In this document: positions 10,998 through 22,300 of the stretch, piece by piece | Layout: every line of letters begins with the position of its first letter | Numbering within the stretch: position 1 is the first letter of the stretch | Assembly: GCA_051530055.1 (NCBI GenBank) | Contig: CM121342.1 | Location: 14,771,480 to 14,835,479 of the forward strand | Direction: 5' to 3' | Length of the DNA: 64,000 nucleotides | DNA from: Neoechinorhynchus agilis | Lineage: Eukaryota; Animalia; Acanthocephala | The notes under the pieces: generated by a model | Told to the model about the DNA's origin: nothing | Database searches by the model: none | What the model saw: the letters and a program-made list of their open reading frames with translations, nothing else | Program-made: the position numbers and the translations under genes

Positions 10998-12244
10998 TGT
11001 CTCGGTTAGTCTGTAATTTAAGATCGTCGTATGAGTTTTAGCTGCTGCGTTGGCTGCAGAAAAACCATGAAAGGTAAATAAATGGAACGAACGCTTATTA
11101 TCATGAGCAGTCAGTGGAAAAACATAAAAAATCCTCTTTATGTTCGGCATAAACCAAGGCTCGTGTCATTACTCTGCATCAAGTGACATTTTTGCTGGTA
11201 TATGGATCTAGCGAATAAATATGGAGTGGTGTATACTGTGCAAAAATCATGTGCAAGACCCAATAGAATTTTTAATGGAAAAAAATCGTTGCCGGAACCA
11301 TCTTTAGACTGTTAAGCATATACAAGCCACCTCATTAAAAATTAAAAAATCATAATGGTTAAGAAATTCTTTGCTTTTTTAAAGCTTACACGTGTAACGA
11401 ATTTTCTGTACTTCTAGAGATGGGAAATGTACGAATAAATTAAAAGTGGAAAACTTTAACAAGAAAATTTGTCATTTTTATAGAATAGAGTCTATAATAT
11501 GTACTAGTTTCTAACAGAGAAGCTAATACTTAACCGAAATCTTCTCGAGGACTTATATGCGAACGTGTAGGAGCTTTGACAAATGTGTCGACCTAAAAGA
11601 GAACCCCTCGTCACCATATACCTTGTTTTTTTGAGTGAATGTGTGTGGATTTTAGGTGTAAAAACTGACTCACTCTATTTGATATGTCAGCAGTTTTGGT
11701 TGGGTTTTTATCGAATGCGTAAAGGGTGTTTGTTACGCTCATGTCGTCTAGGTATTTTTAAGGCAAGAGGGTGGGATATTACCAAAAAATGTTCAAAACT
11801 CCCTTTCCCTTGGGTGCCCGATTGGGTCAATGTGAAAAAGCAGAAATGCAATCATGAGCCTCAGAAATGCGAAGTCACGAAAAAACTAATAATTTTCGAA
11901 TAAATTGATGTTAATTGATAAATCCGAGTAGAGCAGGTGTCGAAAAGTGCTTGCTAGGCGAACGAAGTGATGAAAGTGCTGAGAAATTCAGAACGTAAAC
12001 GTGCCATGACACTCAAATTTATGGACGAATTGCTGACTTTGACACACACTTCTCATTCAGGTATTAAGTGCAAGGCCTTCCCTCCCTACGGTTATGCAGT
12101 CTTTTGAAACCTGTCCAAATCACAAACTCGTCGCCTTGAAACGTTTCATAGAAGAGTTCCTAAACTTCGTTACAGCTAACTTTCCCCTTTTCACTGAATG
12201 GTTTCGTAAAATTTTCACTAAACAATCAAAAGGCCTCCCTTTTT

Positions 12245-13682
12245 CAATACTGCCCAATCTTTTCTTGTATAATAACCAGAAACGAACCGAAGGAAGGGCC
12301 CAACCTCATAAACTCTCCTTTAAATAATAATAATCACCAACTTTCTCACTTGATCGCACCCGTAATTCATTGCGAAATTAACATCAACATTCATTTAACC
12401 TATTCAGAACTTGAGTTTTCCCGAGAACCAAAAGGTACATTAATCCTCTTCTTTGTTCAATAATAAAACGTTTTATTATTATATTGCCAAATCTTTTCTT
12501 GTATAATAACCAGAAACGAACCAAAGGAAAGACCCAACCTCATAAACTCTCCTTCAAATAATAATCACCAACTTTCTCACTTGATCGGACCCGTAATTCA
12601 TTGCGAAATTAACATCAACATTCATTTAACCTGTTCAGAACTCGAGTTTTCGCAAGAACCCAAAGGTACATTGATCCTCTTCTTTCTTCAATAATAAAAC
12701 GTTTTATTATTATATTGCCAAATCTTTTCTTGTATAATTACCAGAAACGAACCAAAGGAAAGACCCAACCTCATAAACTCTCCTTTAAATAATAATCACC
12801 AACTTTCTCACTTGATCCGAACCGAAGGAAAGGCCCAACCTCATAAACTCTCCTTTAAATAATAATAATCACCAACTTTCTCACTTGATCGCACCCGTAA
12901 TTCATTGCGAAATTAACATCAACATTCATTTAACCTATTCAGAACTCGAGTTTTCCCGAGAACCAAAAGGTACATTAATCCTCTTCTTTGTACAATAATA
13001 AAACGTTTTATTATTATATTGCCAAATCTTTTCTTGTATTATAACCAGAAACGAACCAAAGGAAAGACCCAACCTCATAAACTCTCCTTTAAACAATAAT
13101 CACCAACTTTCTCACTTGATCGGACCCGTAATCCACTCCGAAATTAACATCAACATTCATTTAACCTGTTCGGAACTCGAGTTTTCCCGAGAACCCAAAG
13201 GTACATTGATCCTCTTCTTTGTTCAATAATAAAACGTTTTAGTATTATATTGCCCAATCGTTTCTTGTATAATAACCAGAAACGAACCAAAGGAAAGACC
13301 CAACCTCATAAACTCTCCTTAAAAAATAATAATCACCAACTTTCTCACTTGATCGGACCCGTAATTCATTGCGAAATTAACATCAACATTCATTTAACCT
13401 GTTCAGAACTCGAGTTTTCGCAAGAACCCAAAGGTACATTGATCCTCTTCTTTCTTCAATAATAAAACGTTTTATTATTATACTGCTCAATCTTTTCTTG
13501 TATAATTACCAGAAACGAACCAAAGGAAAGACCCAACCTCATAAACTCTCCTTTAAATAATAATCACCAACTTTCTCACTTGATCCGACCCGTAATTCAC
13601 TCCAAAATCTTCGAATTTTTAAGATGACCCAAAGGTACATGGATCCTCTTATTTGTTCAATAATAAAACGTGTTATTATAAA
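12245..13682 (+). repeat. Tandem satellite, about 231-bp unit, about 6 copies
   Basis: Unit anchor cc(a/c)aatc at 12487, 12718, 13022 and 13253. Partial internal duplication near 12820. Most units carry the 22-bp palindrome AATAATAAAACGTTTTATTATT. Confidence 0.95.
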
Positions 13683-13699
13683 GCGAAATAAAAACTTTT

Positions 13700-16368
13700 G
13701 GAGGTTTAAAAGTGAACGAAATGCATTTATTAATTGTGTTTCCCTTGAAACGTCTTCCAACGATGTCGTTCTTGTGAACGTAGCAATGGGAGCGATCGGG
13801 ATAGAAGAGATTACACATATTGGCCTCGTTTTCTTTGCTTAAAAAATGTTGGCTATTCCTTATTTTCCGGAAGTTTATTAAACTCCACTATGAATCCGTT
13901 TATTGCAAAGCTATGTTCTTAACACAAAACCATGGAAATCTAAGGATATATTAGTAACATGAGATCTCAGATGGTAGCATTCGGCAACAGGTGCCGAAGG
14001 AGCAAGTACTAAAAGATTAAACTGGAATTGTTACAGCTTGGTTATTTGGTTCCAGGCATAAGACATTCTTAAATATAATAATGAAGTGTTTACATTAAGA
14101 AGAGCGGAATTTTATTTATCATAATCGCAGCCAGCGCTTACAAAATAAGTGACCTTTCCATTTCTCTAAGAATATTCCAAGTCATTAGAAGTTGACTTTC
14201 AATGCGAATTTATGAGCTGATCTGGCGTTCCGATTCATCTGTTTTCTTTCTTTTGGTAGTTATACCATCGCCTGGATTTAAGTTCACTAATTTATTTCCC
14301 CGATATTTCACCTCTCGGATAATTCCGACATTTTCACAAGGTTTGTCATCTAAAACACGAACATTATAGCGTTATCCCCTGGACTGGTTATTACCGGGCA
14401 TCAGGTTCATCGGACCCCCGTTCCTCGGCTCATTGTTTACTAGAACCTCTAAGCTATAGCAGCAATGCCTTTTCAATGGCAATTTTAAACTGATATGTTG
14501 GTTTCATTACCTTCGATCCCGGGTTGGACTGAGCAGCCAATTTCGATGGCTTCCATTAGTTTGTTGTATTTCAGCTTTACTATAAACATAAACGAACATT
14601 TCTATGCTTAAAACTTTTTGATACACAGTAAATTTAAGCACCTAATGAAAATTCAAACAAAATGGGATTTAAGGTAAAATTCAGTGCCCATAGTCCTTAC
14701 GGACTGTTTTGCCAAGACGTTAAAAAATCCGAATGTGCTAGTGAACTTCAATACATCGCTTAGGTTTTATGACGAAGATGAGTTTCTGGTATTAAGGATA
14801 TCACTTGTTTACTTCTTAAATAAGAAACCTTTCGATCAATTTTTGGCCCGATTATTTCTGCAAAATTTTATGAGTTATATAAATTGTGCATTGCATGCCG
14901 GCACCTTCACTTTCTACGTTCTGTGATCGTTCAATGATTAAAACACAAAATTTATTTGAATGATGAATAAAATTAAAGCTTTTTTGTATTTGTTCGCCTT
15001 TTAATTCAAAAAACAGAGAAAATCTTTACCCTTACAATAAACATTTGCACTGCAAACTTGCTAAAGGTCTTTGCTTAGAAGTATTTATAGGCCCAGACAT
15101 AGTCCACTTTTTAAAAGCATTAAATTTCACACCACTCTTTTGAGTCAATGGAAACTTCTTCGGCCATCTACTACAATAATGGTACTCGTCATTTGATTCT
15201 TAGAAATAAAATGAGACAAAGCTAAAATTACACGCCTGACAGGTGAGCCAACAATATTCCTTGTGTTACCACCAACGTCAACATGAAAATCTCGTCCCTT
15301 AATCTTAACCGTTTGTACAACGGTAATGTTGAAATCGTGTTTTATAACGCCTTCGATTAAACTAGAAATCTATATGTTTTTGCGCTTTTGGTAGAGAATT
15401 CGATACTTTATATGCTAACATTCCTCCATTTTCCCAGCCTGAGAATTATCGCCTAAAACATGTTAATATTTTCCGATAGCCTTTTACTCTGGAAAAAATT
15501 TTTCAATTTTGAAATTCAGAATTGTATAGGTTTTGTTTACGCTGTTCCGTTTATTTAAAAATCTGTAACTTATTTGTCTAACACGCATCATTACATCCCC
15601 TTTGCAATGAAAAGAAATTATATGAATCTGGTTGGATAGTGCTTATAATCTTTTCCATTTCGAATTATTGTTTAGAAGTCTACACCCGATAAATGGGTTT
15701 TTCAATTAAAGACGTTTCGAACCTCGTAGGGTTCATCATCAGTTTATTAGTAATAGACTTTTTCGATGGAATAAAAAAATTTGAAGACATCTAAACAATA
15801 ATTCTCTAATCTTATACCCCGGTAACTTTCCTCCTCACATATCGACATTTTTCCATTTAATCAGTCGATTTGTGAATTTAAGTGTTTCTAGGCCTTCTTT
15901 ATTTAAGCATAAAACCAATGGTGTTTTGTCCTAGCTACAAATGTGAGAAAGCAATTGCTTGTCTAATTGTGTTACTGGAAGGTCCCGTTCCGCACATCAT
16001 CCATTTTTGCAGATGAATAACTACAATATATACACATACACATTTAGTCTATAGCATTAGGGCGGGCCAACTACAAAGTGTATTCATCAGGCACCGTTTG
16101 GCCTAGTATCTGAGTTAAAAGTGAAGATGGACGAACGTTCTCCGTTGTCACATTCATAGTCACTTATGTATAGTAGACACTTCTCAAGTAAAAAGACAAA
16201 AAGTCGACACGAGTCCTCTTTATTCGCTTTTTCCCGAACAATCTGTTCTTCAGACAAAAGAGTCGAGGATTTGCAAACAACCGAGTATTTAACCTCTGGA
16301 AAAGGGTGATGGTTAACTGTCCTTAACATACCTTTCTCCTTGGTGTAAATGTTCAGCAAGTTGACCAT
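13700..16368 (-). CDS. Possible intron-fragmented orphan gene (structure unresolved)
   Basis: Several short open segments bounded by AG/GT in compatible phases, e.g. KLKYNKLMEAIEIGCSVQPGIE|EVLVNNEPRNGGPMNLMP|DDKPCENVGIIRE and GMLAYK|FNRRRYKHDFNITVVQTVKIKGRDFHVDVGG. No family recognised and a full ORF could not be assembled. Confidence 0.3.
15662..15846 (-). ncRNA. Best copy of family A: minimal type I hammerhead ribozyme inside a terminally inverted repeat
   Basis: Minus strand UAAUAAA-CUGAUGA-U-GAACC(cuacga)GGUUC-GAAA-CGUC-UUUAAUUG (15749-15703). Flanked by inverted gaattattgtttagaagtct (15662-15681) and agacatctaaacaataattc (15785-15804). Confidence 0.75.
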
Positions 16369-19300
16369 GGCACCACATTATCGACATTATGTTCTGCTTA
16401 TTATCTACCAACTTGCTGCTCTCCGCTTCATTGGAAGCCAACCTTTGAAAAACGACATAGGATTATTTAATGGTAAGAAAATTGAAGAGAAATCAATTTT
16501 TGAAAGAAAAATTCCATCATATATAGCCAATTTCGTACATTAGTAATGTAGGAACGAATTGTTAAACGCCCAAATTCCAAACTGACCATTTCAATAAGTC
16601 TAGCGAAAAATCACTGAGTACACAGGAAAAAGGAAGCAACAAATGGGTTTGCTCATGTATCCATACCCATTTTTATGTATTTAAAATTAGTGTACAGATT
16701 AATGGCGTTTTAAAGTCATGTAGGAAATTTACGTTAAAATGCGTTTAAAAAAAATCACCAGTCGATCCTGACTTGACTAGTCCTATTTTGAATTTAGTCA
16801 TACTCGGTCTCAGAAAGCATCCATTTATTCTTACATATACTATAATTTTGGCTTCTTGTGGTTAAAAATGATAAATCAAATTTCCTAAATTGTAGTACTA
16901 AGATAAACCCGCGGGTAAATCGACATTTATATACCAAACTCAACCAAAATTCCTACTTTTTAGTCCTCAACGACTCTTCTCATAGACTTACCGAAAATAA
17001 AGTTTGGCATTATTCTACATGGCCATCGAATCTATATCATACAAAGGACTCATCACCTAGAGTCTATTTCGATCCGTCTGGATTTACAGTTGTCTCAATA
17101 TCAGCAAATGATACTGTTTATGTAGACAGTGTTCTCGAATTCGATATCACACCCGAAATGCCTAGTAGAGGCGATGATTTGGTGTCTGGAACTGTGGATT
17201 CAGCTCATCAATATACGATATCATTCTTTATCAGACCGCACTGCAACAAGGAAAAGGGATCTGTTCTCAAGTCGCCGAATTTACTTTTGGAAATCGATTG
17301 TGCAATTAATTCAGTGGTTGCGTCGTTCCATTCTTACTCCGGCTCCTGTTTTATTGCACACAATGTATCACATCCCTTAAATGGAACCTGGACAAGCATC
17401 GAAATATACTATTCAATCACAAAATGCAATATGATTCTATCGATTGATGGATTCGTTCGATCAGACGTAGTATCGCACAATTTAAGTCAGTCAGAATCAA
17501 ATGAGAGCGGCCGAATTCGAATCGGACCTTCATCCGGTTATTTGAAAACAGTCGAGTTCAGCAACTTTAAGTTCCTCATTTCAAATAGACTAAGGCATCA
17601 AAATTTTGTATATCCGCCAATCGGTCAATCAGGTAAGTTAAGATCAAAATCACTTATTTTTTAACTCTCCGTTAACGAGATTTTTTCTAGAAAGCGAAAA
17701 TTTAGGGTTTTTGCGTGACTTATTGTTCACATGTTCGCAAAAAGATTTCGAGGTCACTGGCCTCTAATGCAACCCACAGCACGTTTAATCTTCTCGTCTC
17801 CTTTGTTGTTGCGCACGTGACAGATATGATTAATCGCATTTATCTTTTACCTTAGGAATGTAGTAATTTTTCTATTCTGTACACGTGAGCAATCGCGAGC
17901 ATTGAGGCTTTATTGACCTTTGTTTGACTCGTGGATTAAACATTCTGTTTAGAAAAAGAAACCCCTTTAGTTCTTTTGCCTGCAGACACAAATTGCGCAC
18001 ACGGTTCTTTTTGTCTACAGCATTACTCTTAGTCCTATCAGGATGAGAAATGCTGCCTAGCTTTTCCGTACTCCCTACAAAAGCCAGCAACTTCATAACT
18101 TCTGACGCTTCTTTTTTTGCAGCAATTCCTCCTCTAAGCCAAAAACCGACGAAACCATCATTTCGCTTCGCTATTCGATTATAGAATAAGTGACCAATCA
18201 CTTTTAGACTTACGCAAAATCTTGATCCTGTAACCTAAAATGTACCTAACAAGTCGTGTCCGCTCTACGAGTTGGCTCACTAAACTTAACTGGCTCTACA
18301 TTCTACTCTGTATCCAAGGTTCGTTATGTACGCTTGATAAGGCCGTCTAAATCTCGTTTATTTCTGATAAATGACAGTATGCAATAGTATCATTTTCGGT
18401 TTTAATAACTTAGCTGCGAAAACAATTACTTAGGACATTATAAGACACCCATCATCGATTCATTAACATTACAAAAAATGCAACACTCCGCCAAATAAGA
18501 TCCGAAAGTGATCTTCGGCTTGAAAGACGAAGAACGACATGTTTGCCGATGTGAATTTTAGATTCTGAAGGGGATGTAAGTTTTCTTAGGTCAGTTCGAT
18601 GTAAATGGGCATTAGATTTTTCAACTTACAATGGTAAATAGGGTGAAATTCATAAAACTTTCAATGGAAACTATTTTTTTACTTAAGCATAATGCAAAAT
18701 TATGTGCAATTTTTGTGATAGAGCTTTTCAGTAAAATCTCATTTGATCATATTCAATTTATGGGCAAACCCGGAATCTGTCACGTGACGATTTTCTTATT
18801 ATGTCTCGTAAACCAGCTGAAAAATAATGTTTCAATCTATTCAGCAGCCTACTGCCAAAATTACAGCGTAATTTTCATAGGAACATTTATTTGGATCTCG
18901 TAACCCTCTGCTTCCTTTGTAACAATTGTCGTATTTTTTCTGGAATATTTTTTAATTCAAATTCTATAACTTGCCTTCTTTGTAACAATTGTCGTTCTTT
19001 TTCCCAAATGTACTCTCCTTTTTCGGTAATATTTTTTATTTCAAATTCTGTAATCTGCCTTCTTTTCCACGATTGTCGTCTTTTTCCCAGTAGCAATCGT
19101 TTTTTCGGAAATGTGTGTTCACCAATGCAATTAGTACTGCCATTGGCTGTTTTTTTTGTTTTTTCTCGCTGTTTTCGTTTCCTTTCACTTTACCTGTTGA
19201 CCGTGCCCTAACGATCTCGACCGTGCTTACTGGTTTCTGTTTCCTTTGTCGTCTTTCATGTAAGTATCCCAGCACCCACGGCATCATCTATGGCTGCATC

Positions 19301-22300
19301 ATTCCCGCTTGGTGCAGCACCGCCACATACACATACATTGGAAACTATATCATTTTTTTGTGCTAATCAAACATGCCTTCTTCTTTTTCTCCTGTTGCAT
19401 GTGCCTTCCCGTCGTTGGCACCATAACCGACTTTTAATACAAAACCTCCCCCTCCCATAAAAAAACTCTCCGAGCGTTTGCACATCACTAGGAAGCTGAA
19501 GAAATTTCTATCCGGCGAGCATTCTTAACCAAGAAACTTATATCGTTCAAGCTGTCGACGGCAGGTGACATAAAGTGCGCAACGAAAATGCTATTCCACA
19601 TTCCGACGCTAACATTCCACAATGTCTCAATTGTGCATATTATACCGAGGATTTAATAGGCTCATTGACACATGAGATATCGCCAATAACACCCGTAAAT
19701 TCATTTAACTTCAATGGTTTTGAGTTTCTAAGGAATTTTATGTCGAGACATTTGATGACAGTTGGAACTTATTCCTAAAAATGAGAAATGACGAAAACTG
19801 CACCCCGCCGAACAAAATGTATACTTTTGAGTTTTTTTCGAAAGGTGAAAAGAGCTCTGCTGCCTCATCACTCGTCGCTCGACACTGCCATTTTCCGAGA
19901 TGCTATGAGTAATGCACAAGAGCTTCCATTTTCCACACAACGTTTTGTCGTTTTCCTTCGTTACTGCAACCGATTTTGCGTATTTATGAACGAACGACTG
20001 AGAGTGTATAACTACATTTTTAGCGAAGCAAATCGCCTTTAAGTTCTACCATACTAGCTTCCTTCCTATTCTTTATCTTTTGGACCATTATGCAATTTGA
20101 TTTTTTTGAATTCTGACTAAAATGAAACCTGCTTTGTTTAACTATTAACTTTATAATCACACTAACAAAAGTTAATCCTTCTTTTTGTTGATTTTCTGTC
20201 TTAATATTTTTGCATCAACTGAAAACGGTTCTTTAGAAAACTAAAGTTATTTTTATCATGCTAATCCATCAAAATTTTCTCTTGTCAAAGGAATAAGAGG
20301 ATCGAAGAATACCTTTCTCGAAATACTAAGTTGAAATAGACGTTTTGTCACGTGTCTTTGGTATTCAATTTCAAATCAAGATTATGTCAGCCGATTTTAA
20401 CACCATTTGTTCATTCTTGAAATCTCCGAGCATTTAAACGGTTGCACAAGCTTTTGGTTATATTTTTTAAACGAATGTGTCCGCTTTGACAGACACATAA
20501 CCAAAATTTTACAGTTTCACGTTGCCTAATGAAGTATAAGAATTCCCTTTGAGATTGGTTACCATGCGTCCCTGCAGATTTTTGTTTTTCTCAAAGCTAC
20601 TTCTAGACTATTCATTGTAGAGAACGGCGGACGGTGGTTCGCTGCAGCATCGTCCACTAGTCGATAAATACACCTTCATTTTTAACACTCAATTAACCGC
20701 TCCTCGTGTCCAACGGAGAAAATGGGATGGTCGTCTTTCTATAAGAATCGAACGTCCATGGAATTTTCGAGGAGAATTTTTCGACCTTTGATTTTCTTCA
20801 TTTTTATGGGTAAGACTTGGTTCATTTTTTAATTTTCATGAAAAATATAACATTTTCTAACATTAAGACCCTCCGACATTTAGCAAGGATATCTGCTGCT
20901 TCATCACATGCTGGATTGCTATCTCCTGGAAAAAATCCAGAAGTGTATCACACATTTCCAAGAGAGCACGTTTTGACCCTTGGGAGTGAAGCGCGGCGAA
21001 GCGTGGAACATCGAGAAAGTTTCCATCTCAAATTCAGAACTCGCCAGTTATCCAACAGTACCGTGATTGCTCATGGTAGAACGAACGAGCATTACTTTAA
21101 CGTTGAGATAAATGTGAGTGCATGTGGCTTTGAGATTTGGAAAAATGAATATTAAAAACTTTAGGAGGGAAGATTGGTGTATAGATTTGCGGACGATAAC
21201 GGCCTTGCCATCTCGTCCTACTCATTGCCCTCAAAACAAATCAACGATGGTGAGTGGCATAAGTTGATTATTGAGAGGCAGAAATCAAAGGTATGCTAAT
21301 ATAATTTTCGGATTTTAGAAGACTAAACACAAAATATAGTTCTTGATATCATTGGATAATGAAAGATACACAGAAGTGTCGTTCGGCAAATCGCTTAGTG
21401 AAAACGTTTTTGCCGGTAGCAGAATTATGCTAGGGTTTAATGTGGAAGGTAATCGAATTGAGCAATTTGAAGGTGATATTGCAGAGGTAGGCATTTAAAA
21501 TTTGTCTGGTTTTTACTTAAGGTACCAATTTATTTAAAAGGTTATTATTTTAATTGGCGATCAACCGTTGGCCACTCGTGAGTTACCGGTTGATTATAAA
21601 GACGTGGTGAATTTGAAACTGATTGAAGCGTCTAACATGTCCGGTGGAGTAGAGAAAGTTATTATAAGAATGGACATGACAGCAGGATCAAGTGTGTCGT
21701 TTGGTGAGAAACACGATTCGGAGATTGTACTTCGTTATCCAGAACAAAAGGACCTCGACTCATTCGGTATTACATTCCGGGCATCATTCGATGGAATCGT
21801 AGCATCATTGCTGGGAGATCACACGTTTGTTGGACTTGAGGTTCACGGGGAGCAATTGATAATACTCGTTAAAAATCTCCGGGGAGAGACCGTAGAGCAT
21901 AATCTAGGCCGCACTGAGTACAATGTTGAACACACAGTTCATCTAAGAAACGACAGGCAAGGCGACCATGGTAATATGAACGCGTGGCTTACTAGGAATC
22001 GCGCGGCCGCAGTATCAGTGCCAGTATTAAACCCATTTCTGATCGACCGAATTGTACTTGGAGGAGAAGTTCGTAACCCTTCATTTAAAAATCGGAAGCC
22101 AATCTTAGGATGCATCAAAAAACCCTATCTAAACTTGTTCAATATCAATCTAGAACCAGTTGTCCCTCAAAGTCGATCCGACTGCAGAATATCGCGAAGT
22201 CATCAATCTCCGCATATCCAGGCTGTCGCGTTTGGACAAAACGATCGACCTTTACCTTTCACTTATGCTGACAATGACAAAAAACGATTTCAATCACTAG

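Noticed and set aside
10998-11150. 51-aa N-terminal extension of the ADI ORF in the ORF track
   Set aside because: Homology to ADIs begins at MTSISSEV (ATG 10997); the extension is unconserved-looking and contains an acceptor-like TTACAG.
12245-13682. CRISPR-like array
   Set aside because: Units are fully repeated with no unique spacers, no cas genes, and the context is eukaryotic. The same applies to the 46-bp array at 62.6-63.4 kb.
14490-14545. RNase H-like motif (GIEGNE) on the minus strand suggesting a LINE
   Set aside because: GIE-G|gtaatg is better read as an exon end with a splice donor; no other RT or RNase H motifs nearby.
18887-19366. Overlapping short ORFs with repeated RQLLQRRQ.IEFE.KNI.EK peptide
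   Set aside because: Explained by a small 2-3 copy tandem repeat within an intron of the receptor gene; no recognisable domain.
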